From: Candidatus Atabeyarchaeum deiterrae
GTDB lineage: Archaea; Asgardarchaeota; Atabeyarchaeia; Atabeyarchaeales; Atabeyarchaeaceae
Assembly: GCA_037310415.1 (NCBI GenBank)
Contig: CP147780.1
Location: 1,600,001-1,664,000 of the forward strand
Reading direction: 5' to 3'
Length of the DNA stretch: 64,000 nt
The notes under the pieces are model-generated. The model searched no databases, was not told the origin of the DNA, and saw only the letters and a program-made list of their open reading frames with translations. Of the stretch, positions 48,919 to 58,992 are shown piece after piece. The first letter of the stretch is position 1; each line of letters starts with the position of its first letter. Made by a program: the position numbers and the translations under genes.

Positions 48919-49232
48919 ACTTGTCGTTCAAAGTACAGTCGTCCATGGGAGGATACCTACCCAACTAACTGTTTTCCTAGAATTCTCAGCAGATGGTTCT
49001 TTGCTTACAACAATAATAGGTTCAACCCTAAATGATACAACGCTGTCCGCGTTCACATAGGTCTCAGCATTTAGTAGCTTTCCATATATATCTCTTTTGC
49101 TGGGCAGTACTTTCACGCCAATTCAGAACTCGAATGTACCCACGAATATTGTCACTAAGAAAAAAAGTCATGCGCGCTGGTCGCTAGTTAAGATTCAATG
49201 TTTGCATCATGATTGATCTCGATCAGGTATTG

Positions 49233-50018
49233 CTAGAAGATGATTGAAAGGCATGTTATGCTTCCCTCGCATTTCTTGAATTCCGAAACGTTTAGTTCTT
49301 CCGTTTCAAAGCCTTCCTTCTCAATCAGTTTCTTCGTCTTCGGGTAGCCTTTTGAAACGAAGACCACCCCGTTGATTGCGAGGCAGTTGGCAGCGTAAGC
49401 TTCTTTCTTTGGTAGTTCTATCAGTTTGAAAGATGTGAACACTCGTAGATCGAAGTATCCTGGGTTCACCACGATGCAGTCGTCGCCTATGTAGGAGCAT
49501 GCTGACTTGAAGTGCAGTGCTTTTTCAACTCTCACGGGCATGATATTGCAGCCCTCGTTTATTAGCGCTTCTTTGAGCTTGTTTGCGCCAGCAATATTCG
49601 TCCGGCTTGTGAGTCCAACGAACAGGTTATCCTTGACTTTCAACACGTCTCCCCCTTCGATGGTGCCAGGCGGACGAATGTCTACTAAGGTTTTGAAATG
49701 TCGTTTGAGTGTTTTCCTTAATTCCGCTGTCTCTCCTGATCTTGACTTTGCCCCCATATTGCATATGATCGCAGTTTTCTTATACACTACAGCAGGATCC
49801 TCAACGAAGACGCAATCCGGAAAGGAGTTGTCCGTTAACACTGTTATGAGTTTCAGTTTCCTGTCTTCTAGCGCTCTGCAATAGGCTTGGTGTTGCTTCT
49901 TAGCCTGCTCAACCATGACTTCCTCTCTTAGTGAAAAAGTCCTTACGCATCTATCGAGGGTGTCTGGGACGTTTCGAACGATGGCGAAAGTGCCTTCTGG
50001 TGTGACTTGGCCAGCCAG
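49233..50018 (-). CDS. dimethylargininase (DDAH)/amidinotransferase family; probable CTG start
   Basis: FPDCVFVED, IEGGDV, LHFKS and C-terminal GSITCLS; the frame stays open upstream of ATG 49916 and includes the conserved AIVR..P segment. Confidence 0.88.
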   Translation of the reverse strand: MAGQVTPEGTFAIVRNVPDTLDRCVRTFSLREEVMVEQAKKQHQAYCRALEDRKLKLITVLTDNSFPDCVFVEDPAVVYKKTAIICNMGAKSRSGETAELRKTLKRHFKTLVDIRPPGTIEGGDVLKVKDNLFVGLTSRTNIAGANKLKEALINEGCNIMPVRVEKALHFKSACSYIGDDCIVVNPGYFDLRVFTSFKLIELPKKEAYAANCLAINGVVFVSKGYPKTKKLIEKEGFETEELNVSEFKKCEGSITCLSIIF

Positions 50019-50284
50019 TTTCTCATCCCACCTATTTGCTTTTGCTTTGCCAGGACGAGCATCTCATTCAAGAGAAAAGAAGCTTTCCCTACTCATATAC
50101 AATATTCAGCTGACTTCCAGAGACGCTGCCTTAACTAGGACCCCGTCTTCGTCGATGGCAGAAGCACGACGACGGAAGAAAGGACAGTTGAACATATAAT
50201 TAGGTTGCTTCGCTTGAGCAATCAGTGCATAGCCTGTTTTGTCTTTGAACGGTGCTTCAAGAACGCGACGGTGAGAGCGGTGTG

Positions 50285-51391
50285 TCATTTGATGAATTCT
50301 GAGAGATCCCACAGGTTGAGACCTCCCATATCTCCGCCAGACACAAGGTGCTTCCCATCTGGGAGAAATGCCATTGTCTCTACCGGTTCCCTCGGACTAT
50401 TGTACTTAGATTCCATTCCGAAGTCATCATGGGAAGGTTTCATCTCGAACTCAGCAATATACTCTCCAGTTTTGAGATCCCACAAGATCAGCAAGGTGTA
50501 ACTAGGTGTAACGAGATAGCGGCCGTTTGGGGAGAGGGCTATGCCACTGCAGCTGCTCAGCCCGCCCTTGTATTCTATTGAATCCAATTGGCTCATCGTG
50601 TGCAGTTCCCAGAATGTTATCTTCGACTCAGAGTCTGCAACAAGATAGTCGCCATTGGGCATCACCGCGATTCCCCCAAGCGGGTCTTGAAGCGTCTTCT
50701 CATATTGCTTTTTGCCACTATGCGTATCCCATAAGACAAGTTTCCTAGACTGGCGTGAGCCAGACGCAAAGAATTTGCCATTCGGTGTGAATGACAACCA
50801 TTGGACGGGTTCCTTGGCCTTTATATCATGCACTTCATCGACAGGTTTGATTCTCTTCAGTTCTGTGGGAGTAATCTGGGAGTCTTCAAGGAAACTCAAA
50901 TCCAGTTTGTACGTGAATACATGCTCGTCGTTGTCTGTAGCCAGCAGATAGCGTTCATCAGGAGAAATAGTGAGACGAAAGATGCTTTTTGCTTTGGTGC
51001 GAAGTACGTAGAAGGCAGCATGTTCAAAAGGCGGCCTCATGGACATGAAGGCAATTGTCCCGTCACTCAGACCCTGAATCAGGCATGGCTTGTGTGGTGT
51101 GATGGCTGAGCAGTATACTTTCGCATCGATGCCCTTGGGGCTGGGTGCACCTATTCCCCGGTTCTCGAAAACTCTCCAGACAAATGTACAACAATTCCAG
51201 TGGGTTCCGAGAATAGCGTCATTGCTAATAGGAACGATATCTCTGATCGGTGTCTGTGCCCCGCGCGGAGGGATGAAGTACTTACGTTCCGTATTGTGTT
51301 CGCCCCAAAAACGCGTTTGATAGTCGGTTAAGTAAAGCTTTTCCCAGTCAGGATTCAGTTTGACTGGATGCCACACGTTGACGATCGACAT
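50285..51391 (-). CDS. WD40-repeat beta-propeller protein
   Basis: Repeated [S/T]P[D/N]G..LxS...xxLWD units. Confidence 0.85.
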   Translation of the reverse strand: MSIVNVWHPVKLNPDWEKLYLTDYQTRFWGEHNTERKYFIPPRGAQTPIRDIVPISNDAILGTHWNCCTFVWRVFENRGIGAPSPKGIDAKVYCSAITPHKPCLIQGLSDGTIAFMSMRPPFEHAAFYVLRTKAKSIFRLTISPDERYLLATDNDEHVFTYKLDLSFLEDSQITPTELKRIKPVDEVHDIKAKEPVQWLSFTPNGKFFASGSRQSRKLVLWDTHSGKKQYEKTLQDPLGGIAVMPNGDYLVADSESKITFWELHTMSQLDSIEYKGGLSSCSGIALSPNGRYLVTPSYTLLILWDLKTGEYIAEFEMKPSHDDFGMESKYNSPREPVETMAFLPDGKHLVSGGDMGGLNLWDLSEFIK

Positions 51392-51727
51392 GCCCCTGAC
51401 CTCCGCTTATCATCAGTAATCGAAGTCATGTTCTTTTCTAAAAAGGCTTTTGATGAGAAGGAGAAAACTAGTCATCATTGGTTATGTCGCTTTGGCAAAG
51501 GAAGAATGAACCTAGTTCGATTCTTGTACTTGAGTTATGAGGATCCAAACCTGGAGACAAGTTCCTTTTCTTCAACCAATTTAATGTAATCATAGACCGT
51601 AAGTATAAATGATGTCAATATGCTGGCTAGGAACGGAAAGCATTTATCAGAGAAATAAATCAAAGTAAATGACAGAAGGCAAGTGCTGTTGGAAATCATT
51701 CTGTTTAGATTAGGGTTATGACGGTCC

Positions 51728-52381
51728 ATGCCACGAGATAAAAGGTACTCGGAGCCTACGCCACGGATCGAGAGTCTATCCGATATGATATTCGGATTAG
51801 CGTTGTCAATCGGAGCGTTCGTTCTGGTCAACAAGCTGCCGGGCAACCTAACCGACATGGTCAGTGATGTGGTACTGTTTGGCTTCAGTTTCTTGATTCT
51901 GATATCTGTGTGGATTAGGTACACAGCCATGATGTCCGTCCTCCCGATGGAAAACAGGACAACGAGACTACTGAACATTATCATGCTTTTTCTCGTGTCA
52001 ATGGAGCCATACGCATTCAATCTGGTAAGCTTAATTGGGCAACCCGAGAGCATCGGACTCGAAGACTATTCCTCTGTCCTTTATTCTATTGACATGGGTG
52101 GGCTAATGCTGATCTTGGCTTTCTTCTCGCACGAACTCTCGATTGAAGAAAAGGAAATCGTGTCTCCGCAGCATGCCTCAAGGTACAGAAATGTCAGAAA
52201 CGTGCTATTTGCTTCTGCCGCAATCTACTTCATCGCAATACTGCCACAGTTTTGGACAATGACTCTTGTGGGTTTACCATTGAGGTTCTATTTCTGGATC
52301 ATTGCCCTCATCGTTTCTTTGCTCAGGAGGGCTTACCAAGTTCCCGGAGAAGTGGCATTGAAGAGAAAGAAAAGAAAGTAG
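51728..52381 (+). CDS. TMEM175-family potassium channel
   Basis: RIESLSDMIFGLALS (RxxxFSD-type signature); 6 TMs. Confidence 0.8.
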   Translation: MPRDKRYSEPTPRIESLSDMIFGLALSIGAFVLVNKLPGNLTDMVSDVVLFGFSFLILISVWIRYTAMMSVLPMENRTTRLLNIIMLFLVSMEPYAFNLVSLIGQPESIGLEDYSSVLYSIDMGGLMLILAFFSHELSIEEKEIVSPQHASRYRNVRNVLFASAAIYFIAILPQFWTMTLVGLPLRFYFWIIALIVSLLRRAYQVPGEVALKRKKRK

Positions 52382-52392
52382 TTGATCGGGAT

Positions 52393-53325
52393 TCATTTTA
52401 TTACTCTCTTCTCGCCCTCAAGCTTCTTTATGTCAGTTATGTCTTGAACAACTTCGATCGTTCCCAAGTATTTTCCATGGGCGTCTTTCACGGCGAAGTA
52501 CCCGATGTGCACTTTCCTGCCTTTGACGTCGATCCAGGATTCTGCGAAACTCTTCCTTCCTCTTCTTAGATCGTCCAGCAGCTGGTTCACGGTGGCTATG
52601 CTCTTTTGTGGGTGGCATTTCTGCACTTTTCTACCTATAGCTGCTCTCGGCCTCGCGAAATACTTCTTTTCATTCTCCTTGTTAAAGTACGTCAGAGTGT
52701 CCTCGGCATCGATGAAGGTCACTTCAAAGGGAAGTGTGTCCAGAATTGCGTCTAATACTTGAGTTGATAGATTCTTAACTAGAGGCTCTGCGCCTTCTTG
52801 TTTTCTAAGTTTATCAGCTAGTTCCTGATACTTTTCGTGAACTCCCTTGCCAAGTTGCTTCTCGATCCCATCAAAACCTGTAACGAGTTTGCTAGCGTCG
52901 TTTTCACTCAGAATCCTCTTACCCATGGGATAAAGCGTATCATCTTCCTTCCAGACGTGATCCTTGACAAGTTCAGCGAAATCCTTGGTTTCTTTCACAG
53001 TCGACTCTGGCTTATTCTCATCTAAACTTTTCTTGATGCTTTTCAGGAATTCTCTTTCTTTCTGGTGTTCGAGTAGCATCATTCCGATGGGTCCACCTTC
53101 ATTGGGTATACCACGCTCCTCAAGCTTCGGAAAAAGGATTTTCTCCTCCTTCATGTTGTGACACTTGTCCATATAGATATCGAAGAAGTCGAGATCCTCA
53201 GCAATCCTCGACTTTGAGTCCTTGTTTCCCTCAGCCAATTTCTTGGTCTCTCCGACGAGAGCTGTGAGCACTTCCTCCATAACTCTGTGTTCTCCCGACA
53301 GAACATCATCCCAATGATGCGTCAT
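52393..53325 (-). CDS. hemerythrin-like domain plus PAS domain protein
   Basis: EH, H..KEE..LFP, GPIGMMLLEH, H..KEDDTLYP; C-terminal PAS with CHP. Confidence 0.85.
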   Translation of the reverse strand: MTHHWDDVLSGEHRVMEEVLTALVGETKKLAEGNKDSKSRIAEDLDFFDIYMDKCHNMKEEKILFPKLEERGIPNEGGPIGMMLLEHQKEREFLKSIKKSLDENKPESTVKETKDFAELVKDHVWKEDDTLYPMGKRILSENDASKLVTGFDGIEKQLGKGVHEKYQELADKLRKQEGAEPLVKNLSTQVLDAILDTLPFEVTFIDAEDTLTYFNKENEKKYFARPRAAIGRKVQKCHPQKSIATVNQLLDDLRRGRKSFAESWIDVKGRKVHIGYFAVKDAHGKYLGTIEVVQDITDIKKLEGEKRVIK

Positions 53326-53517
53326 TCTCTCTATTCACCTCAAGAAACCGTCCATGTTTATTGAAGCTGCAGCAGCAAGATTTGTGATTCTAATCTTCTT
53401 AGGGGTTTGAATGTCTCTTCCTTAGATTTGACTTACTTAAAAACTTCGTCGTAAGGAGTATCGCTTTGCAACTGAGAATCGTGTTTTCAATCCGCACAGG
53501 ATTCATCTTGGTGAGGG

Positions 53518-54402
53518 TTAGATTTCATCATGCTGCTTAGCTAGCCTGTCGTAAAGTTCGCGACGAATATCCTTCGCGAGCATCGGCAAGAACGGCCTTG
53601 TTCTTCTAACTTCGGAGAGATCAAGCTCAGCGACGACCACGTCCTCTTCGTCATACTTGGCTTTGGCAATTACAGCTCCTGACGGGGAGACTATATGTGA
53701 ACCACCCCAGAACAGAAGATTTTCCTCGATCCCTGCCAAGTTACATAGAATCACGAAGACACCATTCTCCAACGCCCTCGCCTTCGTCAGCACCTCAAAG
53801 AAGTCCTTTCTAGCACTCGGTGAAGCAGTGGGATATATCAAAATCTCCGCACCTTTCATTGCGTACAATCGCGGCAGTTCTGGAAAATAGATGTCATAAC
53901 ATATTGAGAGACCGATTTTCCCAAGACAGGTCGCGAAAACCTCAGCATTGGATCCGGGTGTGAAGTAGCGCTTCTCGTCGAAGACGCTATGTCCAGGCAA
54001 AAACCATTTTCTGTACTTCCCGATTAGCCCTTTTTTCCCACCAATCATGACGACAGTGTTGTACAATGTTCCTTCAACTTCAGTACTGGCTTCAGGCATG
54101 CCAAAAACGACATGAACTTTCGTGTTCCTCAGAAACTCGGCAATCTTGGAGGTGAAAGGCCCTGGAATAGGCTCAGCTAGCCTGTAGTGAGAGTCGTAGC
54201 ACAGATACCCTGTAGCGCTCAGCTCAGGGAAAACGAGAAGGTTAACATTTTGGTTTCTTGCCTTATTGATGAACTTCTTGAAGATTTCAAAGTTGGCATC
54301 TTTGTCTCCTACAATTGGAGAGATCTGAGCGAGCATGACTTTCACAGTTTCCGTTCCATCCTGATTCAGCTCGCTCGCGTCGGTACAAATACTCGGCGTC
54401 AA
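53518..54402 (-). CDS. carbon-nitrogen hydrolase (nitrilase superfamily)
   Basis: Catalytic E-K-C triad in FPEL, YRK and ICYD. Confidence 0.92.
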   Translation of the reverse strand: MTPSICTDASELNQDGTETVKVMLAQISPIVGDKDANFEIFKKFINKARNQNVNLLVFPELSATGYLCYDSHYRLAEPIPGPFTSKIAEFLRNTKVHVVFGMPEASTEVEGTLYNTVVMIGGKKGLIGKYRKWFLPGHSVFDEKRYFTPGSNAEVFATCLGKIGLSICYDIYFPELPRLYAMKGAEILIYPTASPSARKDFFEVLTKARALENGVFVILCNLAGIEENLLFWGGSHIVSPSGAVIAKAKYDEEDVVVAELDLSEVRRTRPFLPMLAKDIRRELYDRLAKQHDEI

Positions 54403-54469
54403 GACGAACCACCACTCGTTCGAAGACTAAATATTCGTTCGACTTATATAGCTATGATGGTCTCCATAC

Positions 54470-55120
54470 TTGAGGAAGGCGGAACATAAGACGGATCCGA
54501 AAAACGCGAAAGAATGGACAAAGATTCCTTCGTCGACAACCTTAGACAAAACTATTGAAGCGTTGAGAAAGCGTAACTACACTGTAGTTCTACTCGAAAA
54601 CAAAGTCCAGGCGTTGCAGAAACTGAAAGAATCAATTCCTGCTGGCGCGGAAGTAATGACTGGCTCTTCCACGACCCTACAGCAGATCGGGTTCATGGAT
54701 TACTACTTGTCAGGCAAGAATCCATGGAAGTGCCTAGCTGTGCAAGTTCGCGAGGAAAATGATGCCGAGAGGCGCAACACCTTGCGCCGTAAGTCTGTTA
54801 CAGCAGAATATTTCCTTGGCAGCGTTGGGGCTGTCGCAGAAACTGGCGAACTGGTGGCAGTTGATCAATCTGGGTCAAGAGTTGGCGCCTATCCATTTGC
54901 TGCGAAAAAAGTGATGCTTGTTGTTGGCTATCAGAAGATAACACCAAATTTGGAACAGGCGATGCGCCGCATTAGAGAATATGTCTACTACCTAGAGGAC
55001 GAACGGGCGAGAAAGGCTTATGGTGTAGGGACAACATTCGGGAAATGGGTAATTATCGAACGCGAAATCATGAAGGACCGCATTACGATACTCTTGGTGA
55101 GAGAGCCACTTGGATTCTGA
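54470..55120 (+). CDS. LUD domain (lactate-utilisation-type) protein
   Basis: GSSTTL, GELVAVDQSGSRV, VVGYQKI, terminal LGF. Confidence 0.85.
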   Translation: MRKAEHKTDPKNAKEWTKIPSSTTLDKTIEALRKRNYTVVLLENKVQALQKLKESIPAGAEVMTGSSTTLQQIGFMDYYLSGKNPWKCLAVQVREENDAERRNTLRRKSVTAEYFLGSVGAVAETGELVAVDQSGSRVGAYPFAAKKVMLVVGYQKITPNLEQAMRRIREYVYYLEDERARKAYGVGTTFGKWVIIEREIMKDRITILLVREPLGF

Positions 55121-55210
55121 GGAATCTATTTCTGGTACTGAGGGTTGTCTGAACAAGCCTAACGTTAGCAACACATCGCCACTAATTTTCTCTGCTTCAG
55201 CGCAAGATGC

Positions 55211-55864
55211 CTACAGCTTGAATATTCTCGCGACGCAATTAGGAGGCTTGAGTTCAGTAATCTCATAGTCATGTGGAACCTTCGTCACGAGTTCAGCGGT
55301 CACGGCACTTCCTAAGCTTATGGTACATAGCGGTTTTCGTGTTCCAATGCGCATGACCCCCTCTTCTAACATGCTCCTGCAACCATCACCATTAGGACAA
55401 TTCACAATTCGTGCCTCGGAAGCGTCTGCGTCTCCTGTGCACTGATAGGAATTCTCATCCAGCATTTCCATTGAGACAGCAACCTTCTTGAAATCCGAAA
55501 GTGCATTAATCGTCTTGTCGGTTTTGCCAATTATCTCGCTGAGCCCGTCGAGCTCAGTCATTCGTCTCAAAATTGTTCCCAACATGACCCTAATTGCGGG
55601 TCCAGCTGAGCCTTGAATCTGGGTTTCTGCCTTTCCTATTCCATACCAGAAGGCGCAATGTCCCATAGGATACTTTTGCAGGTTGTTTCTGACGTAGCCA
55701 GCCGTGTCTTCCATGGTTTCAAGTCTGGGAGCTTGCTCTCCAACCTTCTTGCTTATAAAATCAGCCACAGCCTGTCGGACCAACTTCGAGAACACTTCGC
55801 CATAGAGCTCCGTTAGTTTTTCAACGCTCATGAGTCCAAAATTAATCAGAACTTCAGAATCCAA
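55211..55864 (-). CDS. hypothetical protein with C-terminal Cys motif (V4R-like, tentative)
   Basis: NCPNGDGC...LC...PNC; AGGTGA RBS. Confidence 0.65.
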   Translation of the reverse strand: MDSEVLINFGLMSVEKLTELYGEVFSKLVRQAVADFISKKVGEQAPRLETMEDTAGYVRNNLQKYPMGHCAFWYGIGKAETQIQGSAGPAIRVMLGTILRRMTELDGLSEIIGKTDKTINALSDFKKVAVSMEMLDENSYQCTGDADASEARIVNCPNGDGCRSMLEEGVMRIGTRKPLCTISLGSAVTAELVTKVPHDYEITELKPPNCVARIFKL

Positions 55865-56057
55865 ATACAGTCACCTTGATCGAAAACTCGTAGGGGAGGG
55901 GGATGATGGAACATATTTCGTGAAGAAGCTTAAAAGGCAATTGATCTCTGTGCGACCCTCGCAAACCATTTTCTTGGGTTGTCGACAATCAAGATTCGGA
56001 GCATGGATACGCGGCAATGCCAAGCGACAACTCACGCTAGCACGGAGCATCGCAATT

Positions 56058-56384
56058 TCAACTGTTCCTGAGTACACTATTAAGCCATCTCAAGTAGCCC
56101 GCGCTACCTGCAGTTATGGGCGTCACAGTGATCTCAGGAAGCTCATAAGGGTGAATCTTTTTGATAGCTTCTTCAAGTTTCTTGTAAAGAGCCTTTTTGC
56201 TCTTGACTATGCATAGCCATTCTTTATCCTTCACGATCTTTCCTTCCCACCAATAGGTGCTCAACACGGGTCCGACAACCTGTATGCAACCTGCTAGCTT
56301 TCTTTCCACCAATAATTCTGCTATATTCTCAGCATCTTGCTTCTTACCAACGGTGGTGAAAACCTGAATATACTCTCGGGTCAA
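56058..56384 (-). CDS. cutA: divalent-cation tolerance protein CutA
   Basis: LVERKLAGC, STYWWEG, HPYELPEI, YLRWL. Confidence 0.92.
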   Translation of the reverse strand: MTREYIQVFTTVGKKQDAENIAELLVERKLAGCIQVVGPVLSTYWWEGKIVKDKEWLCIVKSKKALYKKLEEAIKKIHPYELPEITVTPITAGSAGYLRWLNSVLRNS

Positions 56385-56526
56385 AACAGATTCTCCTCCA
56401 TCGCAAAAGGACTCAATGGTAGTTTTGATGAAAACACTGAGTAGTCACAGCAAGAGATAAGAATATAGTCATGATTCCATGTCATACTTATATGACACAT
56501 CAGAAACGAGGCGGTGGTCCAATCAG

Positions 56527-57384
56527 ATGAGGCTGAATGCCGAATCTTTGGTAATTGACCCAGAGTCGGTTGCTGAAAGGATCGTGAAGTTTCTCCGTGC
56601 AAGGTTGTCAGAAAGCAAGCAGAAGGGTTTCGTTTTCGGCATGTCGGGAGGCCTTGACAGTTCAACGGTTGCAGGTCTTTGCGCTAAAACTTTGAGGGCG
56701 TCGGACAATTTAGCGTTGATAATGCCTCACACGGAGAGCGCCAAAGAAGACAAAGAACATGCTCTACTCGTCGCGGAGAAGTTCAAGATCCCTTACAGAA
56801 TCATCGACATAACTGGCGCGGTGCACGCAGTTCAGGAAAACATGTTTCAACTTGACTCGGAAAGTACCGTACACAGCAAGGAGCCCATGCTTAGGAATGC
56901 AGTTGGTAATATCAAGGCAAGAATCAGAATGATCAACCTCTATTTAGCTGCTAACACAACAGACCGCCTCGTGGTTGGATCAAGTGACAAAAGTGAGTTA
57001 CTGGTGGGATACTACACGAAATATGGTGACGGAGGAACCGATATCCTACCTATTGCTGATCTCTATAAAACTCAGGTGAGGTCGCTTGCGAGCCATCTTG
57101 GCGTTCCGGAGGTCGTCATAATGAAACCCTCCTCGCCTGGACTATGGAAAGATCAGACAGCTGAGAAAGAAATCGGAATGGAATACGAACAACTCGACCT
57201 TATCCTCTATGGACTAGAGCGATTCATGAGACCGAAGGAAATTGCAGACGAGCTAGGACTGTCGGTCGGAATTGTGAACGACGTTATCAATAGAATCACG
57301 AACGCTGAACACAAACGGAGAGGTGGAATAGTCTTCAAGATAGGATACAGAACGCCGACCCTCGACTGGAGAATTCCGCTATGA
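56527..57384 (+). CDS. nadE: NH3-dependent NAD+ synthetase
   Basis: SGGLDSS, GNIKARIRM, GYYTKYGDG, LYKTQV, HKR; no fused glutaminase domain. Confidence 0.95.
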   Translation: MRLNAESLVIDPESVAERIVKFLRARLSESKQKGFVFGMSGGLDSSTVAGLCAKTLRASDNLALIMPHTESAKEDKEHALLVAEKFKIPYRIIDITGAVHAVQENMFQLDSESTVHSKEPMLRNAVGNIKARIRMINLYLAANTTDRLVVGSSDKSELLVGYYTKYGDGGTDILPIADLYKTQVRSLASHLGVPEVVIMKPSSPGLWKDQTAEKEIGMEYEQLDLILYGLERFMRPKEIADELGLSVGIVNDVINRITNAEHKRRGGIVFKIGYRTPTLDWRIPL

Positions 57385-57451
57385 TAAAGTCCCTCAATGC
57401 GACATGTATCCCGTCTGCTCTGTCGCGTCTGGTCTAGGGGGTTGTACGACA

Positions 57452-57871
57452 TTGACGTTGCATATCAATTATGATCACCAATGCCCAAAATGTGAAGCAT
57501 ACTATATCCCGTACGACGACGTACCTTGCCCCAGATGTGGTTTGGTCGAGAAGGAAAGGTTCGACCACATCACAAGGGCAACCAGATCACTGCTTTTCAA
57601 CCTCGACAACTATGGTTCATATGTACCTCCAGCGTGGTAGGTAAGTTCCTTGGGCGATCACATACTTCAGATACTCTTCGGCATCTTTGAGAAGTTCGAA
57701 AAGTCAGAGGAAAAAGATATCAGGAAGTTCTCCGAAGACTGCCTCTCAGAAGCGGATTGGACCGGCCAGAAATACTTTGAAAGCCACATTTCGCGAATAG
57801 CATCAAGAGTCCACGAAGAGATAGACAAAATGAGCAGACTTAGTGCGAATCAAAACCAATCAGACAACTGA
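57452..57871 (+). pseudogene. Zn-finger hypothetical protein interrupted by one in-frame TAG (57638-57640)
   Basis: ORFs 57404-57640 and 57650-57871 share a frame: CPKC...CPRC...PPAW*VSSLGDHIL. Confidence 0.6.
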
Positions 57872-57944
57872 ATATCCATCAATATTATCAAGTCGAGACT
57901 TCCTTTAATCTGCCCGCCACAAACATTGTTACCCGGTGACCTAA

Positions 57945-58673
57945 TTGCCAATGAAGATTATTGTCCACAAAGACTATGCTCTTGCGAACACAGGATCACG
58001 ATTCCTCATCTATCCATTAAGCACTTCCTTCATCAACAACCTGGACCCTGTATTCATGGATAGATGGATGCGTGGAGGCTGGGGTGTAAACAATACTGTT
58101 CTACTTGAACTTAGATACATGACCATTCCAGCTTATGACTGTCCAAAGGGTCCCGCTTCAAGCCTCTTCTCAGGAGTGATCTACGCTTGGAACGCAAACA
58201 AATACATCAAATTCATTGCATTCACGAAAGGATACTTCAGCAACATCGACGAGGTCAATCTGAAGGTGGATTGTTGGCATGAACAGAGACACTTGAAGAG
58301 TGCAGAAGAATACATCTACGATGGTTCGATGCCTCCGCCCGAGGATACTGTTGCTGAAGAAGAGTTGATGCATGTCTACCTGTCAATGGGTGAAGACGCG
58401 GTCGAGGCGAGAGACAATCACATTATGAGATCTATTGAAAAGAATAGATACGTTGACGCCATACCCGGCGAGGTAGCTGTGCTTTGGCTAAGAGAATTCT
58501 TCGAGGACAAGGTCGCCAATTACAGATCTTGTTCAACAACAATCCCACGGAATGACTACACTACCAGAATGGAGAAGATACATTCTAGATTGAGAGATTC
58601 AGTTGCTCACTTCTACCAGAATGTTCTACGTATCGATCCGAGAGCAATCCTTAATCACTCTCTGAAACCATAG
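57945..58673 (+). CDS. hypothetical protein
   Basis: 242-aa ORF with GGTGA RBS; no recognisable motif. Confidence 0.6.
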   Translation: MPMKIIVHKDYALANTGSRFLIYPLSTSFINNLDPVFMDRWMRGGWGVNNTVLLELRYMTIPAYDCPKGPASSLFSGVIYAWNANKYIKFIAFTKGYFSNIDEVNLKVDCWHEQRHLKSAEEYIYDGSMPPPEDTVAEEELMHVYLSMGEDAVEARDNHIMRSIEKNRYVDAIPGEVAVLWLREFFEDKVANYRSCSTTIPRNDYTTRMEKIHSRLRDSVAHFYQNVLRIDPRAILNHSLKP

Positions 58674-58726
58674 TTGGTCGAGTCACTAGGTGTCTTCAGA
58701 TTTGTCAGAGAGAAAAAGTGAGAACA

Positions 58727-58915
58727 CTATATGTTTGCAGTCCTTCGCTTCATCTCTTTCATGATGTTTGTGATCTCGTTTTCCACTCGAACTACTGTCT
58801 TCTTGTAAACATCTTGAGGTATCCTTCCGTCAGCGAAAGCCTCTGACAGCCTAGTCTTCTCTTCTCTGAGCTCATGTATTTTTTCCTCAAGCTCCTCATT
58901 TTTGAAAGCTCGCAT
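58727..58915 (-). CDS. small coiled-coil protein (SHOCT-like)
   Basis: Charged helical 62 aa with GRIPQDVY turn; GAGGG upstream. Confidence 0.5.
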   Translation of the reverse strand: MRAFKNEELEEKIHELREEKTRLSEAFADGRIPQDVYKKTVVRVENEITNIMKEMKRRTANI

Positions 58916-58992
58916 GCTTGCCTTGCCCTCGCTTTAGTTGAATCATTGCACAAATGATCTTAGTTCCGAAGCGTTGAATGTGGCTCGATGGC

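Noticed and set aside
48928-49116. 62-aa ORF upstream of the P-type ATPase
   Set aside because: No RBS or motif; likely promoter/UTR sequence
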